From NCBI GenBank assembly GCA_963784705.1, contig CAWASC010000008.1, positions 292,334 through 356,333 of the forward strand: 64,000 nucleotides of DNA. Direction: 5' to 3'. A model generated the notes under the pieces. That model saw nothing but the letters and a program-made list of their open reading frames with translations, had not been told where the DNA came from and made no database searches. Positions 1-9,385 of the stretch are shown in pieces. Source of the DNA: an uncultured Actinomycetota bacterium (GTDB lineage Bacteria; Actinomycetota; Actinomycetes; Mycobacteriales; SCTD01). Every line of letters begins with the position of its first letter. The first letter of the stretch is position 1. A program made the translations under genes and the position numbers.

Positions 1-748
1 GGCCCTCGAGCAGCGCCGCATAGGTCTGCTCGACCTCCGTCTCCGCGATGTCGTTGAAGGTGCCACCGGGAGAGATGCGGATGCCCACCCGCTCCCCGCC
101 GATCGCGGCGGCGACGGCCGTCGCGACCTCGACGACGAAACGGGCGCGGTTCTGCGGCGACCCCCCGTAGGCGTCGGTGCGGTGGTTGGTGCTGTCGGAC
201 AGGAACTGCTGCAGCAGGTAGCCGTTGGCAGCGTGCAGCTCCACCCCGTCGAGCCCGGCCGCGACGGCCCGCTGGGCGGCGTCGACGAACTCCCCGACCA
301 CTCTCGCGAGCTCCTCGGTGCCGAGCTCCCGGGGGGCCTGCATGGCCTTCATGCCGGCCTCGGTGTAGACCTCGCCGGCCGGGGTGACGGGCGACGGCGC
401 GACCGGTCGCAGCCCGGTGATGGCCTCGTGACCAATCCGTCCGGCGTGCATGAGCTGCGCGACGATGCGCCCACCCTCGGCGTGGACGGCGTCCGCCACC
501 AGGCGCCACCCCGCGACCTGCTCGTCCGTGTGCAGCCCGGGGGTGTGCGGGTAGCCCTGGCCGACGGCGGAGGGCTGCGTCCCCTCGCTGATGATCAGCC
601 CGGCCGTCGCGCGCTGACCGTAGTAGGTCGCGGCGAGCTCGGTCGGCGCTTCCCCGGCCCCCGCGCGGTTGCGCGTCAGCGGTGCCATGACGAGCCGGTT
701 GGTCAGCAGGTAGGGGCCGAGCTGGAAGGGCGCGAACAGGTCAGTCAT
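1..748 (-). CDS. Old Yellow Enzyme family NADH:flavin oxidoreductase (first ~249 codons; 3' end outside window)
   Basis: Own reverse translation from ATG at 748-746 reads MTDLFAPFQLGPYLLTNRLVMAPLTRNRA...AGLDGVELHAANGYLLQQFLSDSTNHRTDAYGG, the OYE/NemA TIM-barrel pattern. It is missing from the ORF track only because it runs off the window edge. ORF 182..2095 + is its antisense shadow. Confidence 0.8.
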   Translation of the reverse strand, partial: MTDLFAPFQLGPYLLTNRLVMAPLTRNRAGAGEAPTELAATYYGQRATAGLIISEGTQPSAVGQGYPHTPGLHTDEQVAGWRLVADAVHAEGGRIVAQLMHAGRIGHEAITGLRPVAPSPVTPAGEVYTEAGMKAMQAPRELGTEELARVVGEFVDAAQRAVAAGLDGVELHAANGYLLQQFLSDSTNHRTDAYGGSPQNRARFVVEVATAVAAAIGGERVGIRISPGGTFNDIAETEVEQTYAALLEG

Positions 749-835
749 GGGAGCTCCAGGGTCAGGGGCAGTACGTGCGGTTCCTTGCACGTACAAACAG
801 TCACCTGCCCCGGCGCGTCCAGCAGGGAACGTGAT

Positions 836-3280
836 CTACCGCACCCACTCCGGGCCGAGGGGGGCCAGTGCGGTGACCCGGACCACGGCCTCGCCCGCCT
901 CGTCGGACGCAGCGAGGTCGATCTCACCGTGCAGCGCCCAGTCGTGGTCGCCGGCGTCGTCACGGAGCACCTGCACGACGCTCGTCCCGTCGATCCGGAG
1001 GAACCCCGGACCGCGGGCGTCCGCGTCGAGCAGCACCTGCTGGTGGTCGGCGTAGTAGGCGTCCAGCCCCGCGTCCCAGTCGACGTCCGGGTCGAGGGCA
1101 CGCAGCAGGTCCGCCCGGTCGAACGCCACCGCGTGCACGCGCTTCCACATCGCGTTGCGCACCAGGACCCGGAAGGCGCGGGTGTTGCGGGTGAGCGCCG
1201 GCACCGGCTCGGGCACCACCGGCCCACCACCACTGGCCAGCTCGGTCCACTCGTCGAGCAGGCTCGAGTCGACCTGCCGGACCACCTCCCCCAGCCACGC
1301 CTGCAGGTCCTCGAGCTCCTCGGTCCGGAACGCGTCCGGGACCGAGCGGCGCAGCGCCTTCCACGCGTCGGCGAAGGCCCGGAGCACCAGCCCCTCACTG
1401 CGCTGGAGGCCGTAGAGCGCGACGTACTCGTTGAAGGTGGTGCCCTGCTCGTAGAGGTCGCGCGCGACGGCCTTGGGTCGCAGCTCGTGGTCGATGATCC
1501 ACGGGTGGGACTGGCGGTAGATCTCGTACGCCGCGGTCAGCAGCTCCTCGAGCGGTCGCGGGTAGGTGATGTCCTCCAGCAGCGTCATGCGCTCGTCGTA
1601 CTCGATGCCGTCGCTCTTCATCTGCTGCACGGCCTCGCCGCGCGCCTTCTTGCGCTGCGCGGCGAGCACCTGGCGCGGGTCGTCGAGGGTCGCCTCCACG
1701 ACGCTGAGAACATCCAACGCGTACGTCGGGGAGTCGGTGTCGAGCAGCTCGAAGGCCGCGAGGGCCAGGAGGGCCAACGGCTGGTCAAGGGCGAAGTCGG
1801 GCTTCAGGTCGACGGTCAGCCGGACCGACCCGTCCACCCGCTCCAGCACCCCACCGGCCTCGAGCGACCGGAACACCCGGATGGCCTGGCGTACCAGCAT
1901 CCGCTGCCGCGAACGGGACTCGTGGTTGTCGAGCAGCAGCCGGCGCATGTGGCCGAAGAAGTCATCGCCGCGCGCCGCGACGTTGAGCAGCATCGCGGCG
2001 GACACCCGCATCTGCGACGTCATGGTCTCCGGCGTCGCGCCCACCAACCGGTCGAAGGTCTTCTCGTCCCAAGAGACGAAGCCCTCGGGCGGTGACTTGC
2101 GCTTATAGGACCGCTTCTTCTTCTCGTCGTCGCCGAACTTCGCGAGCGCCCGGGTGTTCTCGATGACGTGGTCGGGCGCCTGGACGACGACGAGGCCGGC
2201 GGTGTCGAAGCCTGCCCTTCCCGCGCGGCCGGCGATTTGGTGGAACTCCCGCGCCCGCAGGTGGCGCACCCGCGTCCCGTCGTACTTGCTCAGGGCGGTG
2301 AACATGACGGTCCGGATGGGCACGTTGATCCCGACCCCGAGGGTGTCGGTGCCGCAGACGACCTTGAGCAGCCCGGCCTGCGCGAGCGTTTCCACCAGCC
2401 GGCGGTACTTCGGCAGCATCCCGGCGTGGTGCACGCCGATGCCGTGCCGTACCAGCCGCGACAGCGTCTGGCCGAACTTCGTGGTGAACCGGAAGTCGCC
2501 GATGAGGTCGGCGATGCGGTCCTTCTCCTCGCGGGTGCACACGTTGACGCTCATCAGCGCCTGGGCGCGCTCGACCGACGACTCCTGGGTGGCGTGCACG
2601 ACGTAGACAGGCGCCTGGTGCGTCTGGAGCAGCTCGGTGAGCGCATCGTGCAGCGGCTCGAGGGACCAGGCGAACGTCAGCGGCACGGGTCGCTCGGCAC
2701 CGGCGATCTCGACCGTCTCCCGACCGCTGCGTCGCGTCAGGTCCTCGCGCAGGTCGGCGGTGTCCCCGAGGGTGGCGCTCATCAGCAGGAACTGCGTCGA
2801 CGTCATCTCCAGCAGCGGCACCTGCCAGGCCCAGCCTCGCTCGGTGTCGGCGTAGTAGTGGAACTCGTCCATGACGACCAGCCCGATGCCGGTCTGCGTC
2901 CCCGCACGCAACGCCCGGTTGGCCAGCACCTCCGCGGTGCAGCACACGATGGGGGCGTCGGTGTTCACCGCCGCGTCGCCGGTGGCCATGCCGACGTTCT
3001 CCGCGCCGAAGACCTCGCAGAGCGCGAAGAACTTCTCGCTCACCAGCGCCTTGATCGGCGCGGAGTAGTAGGACTGCTCCCCACGGCTCCACGCGGCGAG
3101 GTGCGCACCCACCGCGACGAGCGACTTGCCGCTGCCCGTCGGCGTGGCGAGGACGACGTGGCTGCTCGCGAGCAGCTCGAGCAACGCCTCCTCCTGCGCG
3201 GGGTAGAGCGCGACCGGCGACCACGCGGTGAACGCGTCGAGCACCGCGTCGGGTCCCCCGGTCACCGGCGTCAGCGTCAC
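836..3280 (-). CDS. Ski2-like DEAD/DEAH-box helicase with long C-terminal DUF3516-type region
   Basis: ORF 836..3421. Walker A ATPTGSGKS, DEFH box (VVMDEFHYY), helicase-C motifs (HHAGMLPKYR, QIAGRAGRAG). Start moved to in-frame GTG 3280-3278, which overlaps the upstream TGA as GTGA. Confidence 0.85.
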   Translation of the reverse strand: MTLTPVTGGPDAVLDAFTAWSPVALYPAQEEALLELLASSHVVLATPTGSGKSLVAVGAHLAAWSRGEQSYYSAPIKALVSEKFFALCEVFGAENVGMATGDAAVNTDAPIVCCTAEVLANRALRAGTQTGIGLVVMDEFHYYADTERGWAWQVPLLEMTSTQFLLMSATLGDTADLREDLTRRSGRETVEIAGAERPVPLTFAWSLEPLHDALTELLQTHQAPVYVVHATQESSVERAQALMSVNVCTREEKDRIADLIGDFRFTTKFGQTLSRLVRHGIGVHHAGMLPKYRRLVETLAQAGLLKVVCGTDTLGVGINVPIRTVMFTALSKYDGTRVRHLRAREFHQIAGRAGRAGFDTAGLVVVQAPDHVIENTRALAKFGDDEKKKRSYKRKSPPEGFVSWDEKTFDRLVGATPETMTSQMRVSAAMLLNVAARGDDFFGHMRRLLLDNHESRSRQRMLVRQAIRVFRSLEAGGVLERVDGSVRLTVDLKPDFALDQPLALLALAAFELLDTDSPTYALDVLSVVEATLDDPRQVLAAQRKKARGEAVQQMKSDGIEYDERMTLLEDITYPRPLEELLTAAYEIYRQSHPWIIDHELRPKAVARDLYEQGTTFNEYVALYGLQRSEGLVLRAFADAWKALRRSVPDAFRTEELEDLQAWLGEVVRQVDSSLLDEWTELASGGGPVVPEPVPALTRNTRAFRVLVRNAMWKRVHAVAFDRADLLRALDPDVDWDAGLDAYYADHQQVLLDADARGPGFLRIDGTSVVQVLRDDAGDHDWALHGEIDLAASDEAGEAVVRVTALAPLGPEWVR

Positions 3281-4320
3281 CCCGGCAGTCTGCCAGCCTC
3301 CACCAGCGGGTCGGCCTCGGTGACCGGGAAGTGGCAGGCGTACTCGTGGCCCACGGGGCTGCCCGCGGCCTGCACCAGCGGCGGCATCTGCTGCGCGCAG
3401 ATCCCCTGCGCGCGCGGGCACCGCGTGCGGAACGGGCAGCCGGACGGGGGGTCCGCGGGGCTCGGCACATCACCGGTGAGGCGGATGCGCGGCTTGCTCT
3501 CGACCTCCCGGGTGTGCTCGACCTCGGGGACAGCGGACAGCAGCGCGTGCGTGTAGGGGTGCCTCGGACGGGTGTAGAGCGAGGTGCGGTCGCCGACCTC
3601 GAGGACCTTGCCGAGGTACATCACCGCGACGCGATCGCTCATGTGCCGCACGATCGACAGGTCGTGGGCGATGAACAGGAACGCGAGCCCGAGGTCGCGC
3701 TGCAGCTGCTGCAAGAGGTTGACGACCTGCGCCTGGATCGACACGTCGAGCGCGGACACCGGCTCGTCCGCGACGATGAGCTTGGGCTGCAGCGACAGCG
3801 CACGCGCGATGCCGATGCGCTGCCGCTGACCGCCGGAGAACTCGTGCGGGTAGCGGTTGTAGTGCTCGGGGTTCAGCCCGACCAGCTCGAGCAGCTCCTG
3901 CACCCGGCGCTTGCGGCCGCCCGGCGGGTCGATCTTCTGCACCTCCATGAAGGAGGACACGATCGCGCCGACGGTGTGCCGCGGGTTCAGCGAGGAGTAG
4001 GGGTCCTGGAAGATCATCTGGATCTCACCGCGGATGGGTCGGAGCTCCTTGACCGACAGGTGCGCGATGTCACGACCGTCGTACCGGATGGCGCCGGAGG
4101 TCGGCTCGAGCAGGCGGGCGATGAGCCGCCCGGTCGTCGTCTTGCCGCAGCCGGACTCGCCGACCAGGCCGAGGGTCTCGCCGGCCGAGACCGACAGGGT
4201 GACGCCGTCGACCGCCCGCACCGCGCCGATCTCGCGCTGCAGGATCAGGCCGCTGCGGATCGGGAAGTGCTTGGTGAGTCCCTCCACCTCCAGCAACGGC
4301 GAGTGCGACGGGGAGCTCAT
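3277..4320 (-). CDS. Peptide/nickel ABC transporter ATP-binding protein (OppF/DppF type)
   Basis: ORF 3277..4605 trimmed to ATG 4320-4318 (MSSPSHSPLLEVEGLTKHF), an ATGA overlap with the upstream stop. Walker A GESGCGKTT, signature FSGGQRQR, Walker B LIVADEPVSALD, Cys-rich oligopeptide C-terminal tail. Confidence 0.9.
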   Translation of the reverse strand: MSSPSHSPLLEVEGLTKHFPIRSGLILQREIGAVRAVDGVTLSVSAGETLGLVGESGCGKTTTGRLIARLLEPTSGAIRYDGRDIAHLSVKELRPIRGEIQMIFQDPYSSLNPRHTVGAIVSSFMEVQKIDPPGGRKRRVQELLELVGLNPEHYNRYPHEFSGGQRQRIGIARALSLQPKLIVADEPVSALDVSIQAQVVNLLQQLQRDLGLAFLFIAHDLSIVRHMSDRVAVMYLGKVLEVGDRTSLYTRPRHPYTHALLSAVPEVEHTREVESKPRIRLTGDVPSPADPPSGCPFRTRCPRAQGICAQQMPPLVQAAGSPVGHEYACHFPVTEADPLVEAGRLPG

Positions 4321-5357
4321 GAGCGAGGCCCTTCCCAGAGCGGGAGGAGCTCCCGCTCGACGATCTCGTGCCGAACAGGTTCGGTGAGGTGGCAGGCGGT
4401 CTCGCCACCAGGTACGCCGGAGGGACGCAGCTCCGGGCGCTCGGTCGTGCAGCGGTCTCCCGGCACCCGGTCGCTGTAGTCGCACCGGGGCTGGAACGGA
4501 CAGCCGGGGGGGAGCGCGATGAGGCTCGGCGGCGTCCCGCGCACGGGGACGAGCGGCGCGGTGACGTCGTTGTGCAGCCGAGGGATGGACGACAGCAGAC
4601 CCCACGTGTAGGGCATCTGCGGCCGGGACAGCACGGTCCGGACCTCGCCCTTCTCGACGCAGCGTCCGGCGTACATCACGAGCACGTTGTCGGCCACCTG
4701 CGAGACCACGCCGAGGTCGTGCGTGACCAGGATGATCGCCGAGTTGAACTCCCGCTGCAGGTCCGCGAGCAGGTCGAGGATCTGCGCCTGGACGGTGACG
4801 TCCAGGGCGGTCGTCGGCTCGTCCGCGACGAGCAGCGACGGGTTGTTGGCCAGCGCCATCGCGATCATCGCGCGCTGGCGCATGCCGCCGGAGAACTCGT
4901 GCGGGTAGTTGTCGACGCGCCGGTCCGGCTGCGGGATGCCGACGCGACCGAGCAGGTCGACCGCACGGGTGCGGGCGGCCCTGCGCGAGCCCCCCGCGTG
5001 CCGCCGGTAGCCCTCGGCGATCTGGTTGCCGATCGTGTAGAACGGGCTCAGCGCGGTGAGCGGGTCCTGGAAGATCATGGCGACCTGGTTGCCACGCCGC
5101 TCGTTCAGCTCGCGCTCGGACAGGGCGAGCAGGTCGGTCCCCTCCAGCAGGACCTGCCCGCTGATCGTCGTACGGCGGCGGTCGTGCAGCCCCAGCAGCG
5201 ACAGCCCGGTGACCGTCTTGCCCGACCCCGACTCCCCCACGATCCCGAGGGTCTGCCCGCGCTCCAGGGTGAACGAGAGTCCGTCGACTGCCCGCACCAC
5301 CCCGTCGTCAGTCGGGAAGCTCACCGCGAGGTCGCAGACCTCCAGGAACGCGGTCAC
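4317..5357 (-). CDS. Peptide/nickel ABC transporter ATP-binding protein (OppD/DppD type)
   Basis: ORF 4317..6227 trimmed to GTG 5357-5355 (VTAFLEVCDLAVSF), a GTGA overlap with the permease stop. GESGSGKTV, FSGGMRQR, LLVADEPTTALD. Confidence 0.9.
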   Translation of the reverse strand: MTAFLEVCDLAVSFPTDDGVVRAVDGLSFTLERGQTLGIVGESGSGKTVTGLSLLGLHDRRRTTISGQVLLEGTDLLALSERELNERRGNQVAMIFQDPLTALSPFYTIGNQIAEGYRRHAGGSRRAARTRAVDLLGRVGIPQPDRRVDNYPHEFSGGMRQRAMIAMALANNPSLLVADEPTTALDVTVQAQILDLLADLQREFNSAIILVTHDLGVVSQVADNVLVMYAGRCVEKGEVRTVLSRPQMPYTWGLLSSIPRLHNDVTAPLVPVRGTPPSLIALPPGCPFQPRCDYSDRVPGDRCTTERPELRPSGVPGGETACHLTEPVRHEIVERELLPLWEGPRS

Positions 5358-6340
5358 AGGCGCACCCGCGGGTCGATGAAGGCATAGGCGACGTCGACCA
5401 CGAGGTTCGCGAACACGATCACGACGGCAGCGAGCAGCACCGTCGCCATGATCATCGGCAAGTCGCTCTGCACGACGGAGTTGATGGCGAGCCGTCCGAC
5501 GCCCTGGATCGAGAACACCGACTCGGTGATGATCGCGCCGCCGAGCAGTCCGGCGAGATCGAGGCCGAAGATCGTGACGATCGGGCTGACCGCGGCACGG
5601 CCGGCGTGCTTGACGTAGATCGAGCGGGCGGACAGGCCGCGGGCACGACCGGTGCGCACGAAGTCTTCTTGCAGCGCCTCGATCATCGAGGCCCTGGACA
5701 GCCGTGCGTAGACCGCAGCGCTGACGAAAGCGAGCACCAGCCAGGGCAGCAGCAGCCCTCCGGCCCACGCGACAGGATCCTGCGTCAGGGGGGTGTAGCC
5801 GGGGCGTGGCAGCCAGTTGAGCTTGTCGACGAGGACCAGCCGGGCGATGACCCCGATGAAGTAGATCTGCAGCGACGCGCCGGTCAGCGACAGGCCGATC
5901 GCCACCTTGTCCAGGGGGCGCCCTCGGTTCAGCGCGGACACCACGCCGGCCCCGACCCCGCCGAGCAGGAACAAGATCGCGGCCCCGATGGCGAGGGAGG
6001 CTGTCGCCGGGAAGCGGTCCAGGAACGTCTGCCAGACCGGCTGGTGGTTGACGAAGGAGTAGCCGAAGCAGGGGGCGTCGCAGTGCGCCGGCTGTCCGCT
6101 CTCGAGGACGTCGCGTCCGACCGCGATGCCCTTCATGTAGGAGCCGTACTGCACGAGCAGGGGGCGGTCGAGCCCGAGGTTGTGGTGGATCTCGGCGAGC
6201 TTCTCCGGCGTGCAGATCTTGCCGCACGACAGGCGCCCGGGATCTCCGGGGATGGCGAAGAACAGGAAGAAGGTGACCGCACTGACGATGGCGAGGATCA
6301 GCACCGAGCTCAGGACGCGGCGGACCACGAAGCGCAGCAC
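5354..6340 (-). CDS. ABC transporter permease (OppB/DppB type)
   Basis: ORF 5354..6340. MLRFVVRRVLSSVLILAIVSAVTFFLFFAIPGDP N-terminus and a multi-TM binding-protein-dependent transport component body. Confidence 0.9.
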   Translation of the reverse strand: MLRFVVRRVLSSVLILAIVSAVTFFLFFAIPGDPGRLSCGKICTPEKLAEIHHNLGLDRPLLVQYGSYMKGIAVGRDVLESGQPAHCDAPCFGYSFVNHQPVWQTFLDRFPATASLAIGAAILFLLGGVGAGVVSALNRGRPLDKVAIGLSLTGASLQIYFIGVIARLVLVDKLNWLPRPGYTPLTQDPVAWAGGLLLPWLVLAFVSAAVYARLSRASMIEALQEDFVRTGRARGLSARSIYVKHAGRAAVSPIVTIFGLDLAGLLGGAIITESVFSIQGVGRLAINSVVQSDLPMIMATVLLAAVVIVFANLVVDVAYAFIDPRVRL

Positions 6341-6435
6341 GGCTTCCTCCTCACAGCGGGGTCACGGGTGGTCAGGGGTCAGGGGTCCAGCGCTCGGCCG
6401 GCCCGCGCGAGGCGGGCCGGCCGAGCACCAGGGCA

Positions 6436-8208
6436 CTAGCTCTTGAGGTAGACGCCGTTCAGGGACGGCTCACCGAGCACCTTGGACAGGTACACGCCAC
6501 CCACCTTCGGGCCGTAGATCTGGTAGGCCTTGTCGTACAGGTAGGGGATGTACGGCACCTTCTCCATGATCTTCTTGTCGAGCGCGCCCCAGTCCTTCGC
6601 GGCCTGCTCGAGGTCAGTCTCCAGGGAGATCCGGTCGATCTCGGCGTTCACCTCGGGGTCGTTGAAGTGCTCGTAGTTGGGCGACCCGTTGGCGATCTTG
6701 CGCCCGTCCAGCGTCGGCGGGATGACCGTGCCGGCGCTCGGCCAGTCCGCTCCCCAGCCACCGCCGTAGATGTCGAGCGGGTTGTCGACCTTGCCGATGA
6801 CGTCGTAGAAGTTCTTCGGGTCGATCGGCTTGAGGACGACCTTGAAGCCCGCCTTCTCGAGGCCCGCCTTGACGACGACCGAGCCCTCCTGGCCCTTCGG
6901 GGTGTTGGCGTAGCCGTAGACGACGCTCATCCCGACCTTGCCCTTGGCCTCGAGGATGGCCTTGGCCTTCTCCGGCTGCCCCTGCGGGAACTTCTTCTGG
7001 TCGTACAGGTCGAACGCCTCGTACCCGGGAACCGTCGGGGAGAGGTTCGTGCTGGCGAAGTCACCGGCGGACGAGCCACCGATGAGCTGACGCAGCTGGA
7101 ACGACGGCCACGCGTAGAGCAGCGCCTTGCGCAGCTCGACGTCCTTGATCCGGGTGTTGTTGATGTTGCGCACCAGGACGAAGGCGGTGTTGCCCTGCAC
7201 GGTGCGGGCCTTGAGCTCGGGGGTGGTGTCGACCTGCTTGAGCACCTCGGAGGTGATGAGGGTCGTGAGGCTCATGGCCTTCTGGTCCTCGCCGTTGGCC
7301 GCGATGAGGCGCTGGTTGATCGCCAGGGTGTCGCTGCCGAAGGTGAACTGGTAGCTGTCGACGTACTGGTGCCGTGCGGGATCGGTCTTCGGGTCCCACA
7401 TGGGGTTCTTGACCAGCGTCAGGCTCTTGTCGACCTTGTGCTCGCTGATCTTGTACGGACCGGTGGCCTGCGGCATCAGGTCGTACTTCTCGCGGGTGTC
7501 CTTCGCCTTCTGCACCGGTGAGGTGGTCGTGAGGCCGGCCGCGAACGGCATGTCCGAACGCGGCTGGTCGAAGAAGAACGTGATGGTCTTCGCCGCGTCA
7601 TCGGCCTTGATGACCGTGTCCGGCAGCTCCTTGCCCTTGTACGGGCCCTCGTAGAAGGAGCGGAAGTCACCCGCCTTGCCGGCCAGCCACTCGTAGAGGT
7701 AGGTCGGGCCCTCGGTGAAGGTGCTGTCGAAGCCACGCTCGACGGCGTACTTGATGTCCGAGGCCTTGATCTCGTTGCCGTCGTCGAACTTCACGCCGTC
7801 GCGCAGGGTGTAGGTCCAGGACTTGCCACCGTCGGTCGTGACACCGGTGTTGGTGGCCAGGTCACCCACCAGCGTGACCTTGCCGTCCTTCTCGATGTAC
7901 GTCGTCAGCTGGCGCTCGACCATCTGCGCGAGCGACTGGTTGTTGTTGACGTAGATGCGCGCCGGGTCGAGGTGGGAGAAGTCGGTCGTCTCGAACAGCG
8001 CGACCGTGCCTCCGGTCGTGTGCCCGGGGACGTCGTACGCCGGGCCCTGCGCCTTGTCGTCGACGGCGAACTCGAACGCCCCTGCCTTCGCGCCGGTGGT
8101 GCTGCCCCCGTTGCCGTTCTTCGTACTGCTCCCACCGCCGCAGGCAGTGACGCCCAGCACGAGGATGCCTGCCGCTGCGACTGTCCGCAGCCCAGTGCTC
8201 CGACTCAT
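6436..8208 (-). CDS. ABC transporter substrate-binding lipoprotein, family 5 (peptide/nickel)
   Basis: ORF 6436..8208. Signal peptide ending in lipobox LGVTAC, followed by a ~560-aa family-5 SBP body. Confidence 0.9.
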   Translation of the reverse strand: MSRSTGLRTVAAAGILVLGVTACGGGSSTKNGNGGSTTGAKAGAFEFAVDDKAQGPAYDVPGHTTGGTVALFETTDFSHLDPARIYVNNNQSLAQMVERQLTTYIEKDGKVTLVGDLATNTGVTTDGGKSWTYTLRDGVKFDDGNEIKASDIKYAVERGFDSTFTEGPTYLYEWLAGKAGDFRSFYEGPYKGKELPDTVIKADDAAKTITFFFDQPRSDMPFAAGLTTTSPVQKAKDTREKYDLMPQATGPYKISEHKVDKSLTLVKNPMWDPKTDPARHQYVDSYQFTFGSDTLAINQRLIAANGEDQKAMSLTTLITSEVLKQVDTTPELKARTVQGNTAFVLVRNINNTRIKDVELRKALLYAWPSFQLRQLIGGSSAGDFASTNLSPTVPGYEAFDLYDQKKFPQGQPEKAKAILEAKGKVGMSVVYGYANTPKGQEGSVVVKAGLEKAGFKVVLKPIDPKNFYDVIGKVDNPLDIYGGGWGADWPSAGTVIPPTLDGRKIANGSPNYEHFNDPEVNAEIDRISLETDLEQAAKDWGALDKKIMEKVPYIPYLYDKAYQIYGPKVGGVYLSKVLGEPSLNGVYLKS

Positions 8209-8267
8209 GAACCGACCCTTCTGTTCGACGATCTCGCCGCCGCGGGATGCGGGCGGTGAGCGAGCTG

Positions 8268-9335
8268 CTAGGTAGTGCTCTTGGGATCCAGCGCGTCGCG
8301 CGCGGAGTCACCGAGCAGGTTGAAGCACAGGACGAGCAGGAACAGCGCCACGCCGGGGAACAGCATGTAGGCGAGGTCGTCCTGGTAGACCTGCGCGCCG
8401 CGGTTGATCATCCGGCCCCAGTCGGGGATGGGCTCGACGATGCCGACGCCGAGGAAGGACAGCGCCGCCTCGGTCGTGATGAGCGACGGCAGGGTGAGCG
8501 AGAACGTCACGAGCGTCGGGGACCACAGGTTGGGCAGCAGCTCGCGCCGCACGATCCGCCACGAGCTCGCCCCGGACATGCGGGCGGCGTCGACGAACTC
8601 GCGCTCGCGCAGCGACAGCACCTGCCCGCGGATCAGGCGCGCCTGGTAGACCCAGCCGAGCACCGACAGGATGAAGATGATCGACCCGAAGCGCAGCCAG
8701 ACCGGCGTCTCCTCATCGGGCGCGACGAAGACCGACTCGACGATCGGGCTGAAGGCGATGATGAACAGCAGGCCGGGGAAGGCGAAGATCACATCCATGA
8801 CGCGTCCACCGACCGCGTCCACCCAGCCCCCCAGGTAGCCGATCACCAGCCCGTAGAGCACGCCGAAGGCAGTGGTCAGCAGGGCGGCCGAGCCGGCGAT
8901 GAACAGCGACGTCCTGGCGCCGTAGACCAGCTGCATGAACGTGTCGCGCCCCAACCCGGGCTCCAGGCCGAGCCAGTAGCTGCTGCTGATCCCGCCGAAG
9001 CGACCGGCCGGGAAGCCGTAGTCGTCCAGCAGCCCCGGGTTGTCCTGGCCGTAGGTGACGTAGGGCGTCTTGCCGTAGACCTTCGACAGCAGGGGCGCCA
9101 GCACGGCGAGCAGGATGAAGAACAGCACGACGTACGCCGAGACGACACCGACCCGGTCGCGGCGGAAGCGCTGCCACGCGATGAGGCGCGGCGACCGGCC
9201 CGTGTCCGGGGTTGCCGCGCTGAGCTCGTGGGGCTCGGGCGCCGAGGGCGCGCCCGCGGTCAGGACCTCGCTGATGTGTCGCCTCCCTCCTGGGTCGAGG
9301 AGGTGACCGTAGAGCACAAGGTGCCAGCGACGCAC
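8268..9335 (-). CDS. ABC transporter permease (OppC/DppC type)
   Basis: ORF 8268..9335. IAWQRFRRDRVGVVSAYVVLFFILLAVLAPLL N-terminal domain and permease core. True start uncertain (the ORF opens with GTG; the first ~30 codons look non-native). Confidence 0.85.
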   Translation of the reverse strand: MRRWHLVLYGHLLDPGGRRHISEVLTAGAPSAPEPHELSAATPDTGRSPRLIAWQRFRRDRVGVVSAYVVLFFILLAVLAPLLSKVYGKTPYVTYGQDNPGLLDDYGFPAGRFGGISSSYWLGLEPGLGRDTFMQLVYGARTSLFIAGSAALLTTAFGVLYGLVIGYLGGWVDAVGGRVMDVIFAFPGLLFIIAFSPIVESVFVAPDEETPVWLRFGSIIFILSVLGWVYQARLIRGQVLSLREREFVDAARMSGASSWRIVRRELLPNLWSPTLVTFSLTLPSLITTEAALSFLGVGIVEPIPDWGRMINRGAQVYQDDLAYMLFPGVALFLLVLCFNLLGDSARDALDPKSTT

Positions 9336-9385
9336 TCGGCGCCCCGAACGTTATCCGGCCGCAACCTGGTTCTGGCGGAAGGGCT

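Noticed and set aside
182-2095. Long track ORFs such as 182..2095 +, 12429..14768 +, 25338..27386 +, 39552..41786 +, 53775..55748 + and 16276..17391 -, and many others overlapping called genes
   Set aside because: They lie antisense or out of frame to genes with clear family motifs. They translate to Arg/Pro/Gly/Ala-rich low-complexity sequence with no recognisable motifs. This is the expected stop-codon-poor shadow of a very GC-rich genome.
8268-9335. Non-canonical start codon for the OppC-type permease downstream of an internal GGAGGGAGG run
   Set aside because: The Shine-Dalgarno-like run is followed only by ATC/GTC/CTG codons in frame. This cannot be supported without homologue alignment, so the full ORF was kept and flagged as start-uncertain.
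3277-9335. Unusual C-A-B-D-F gene order of the peptide ABC importer as a novel arrangement
   Set aside because: All five components are standard and intact. Order permutations of opp/dpp operons are common in actinobacteria, so this is descriptive only.
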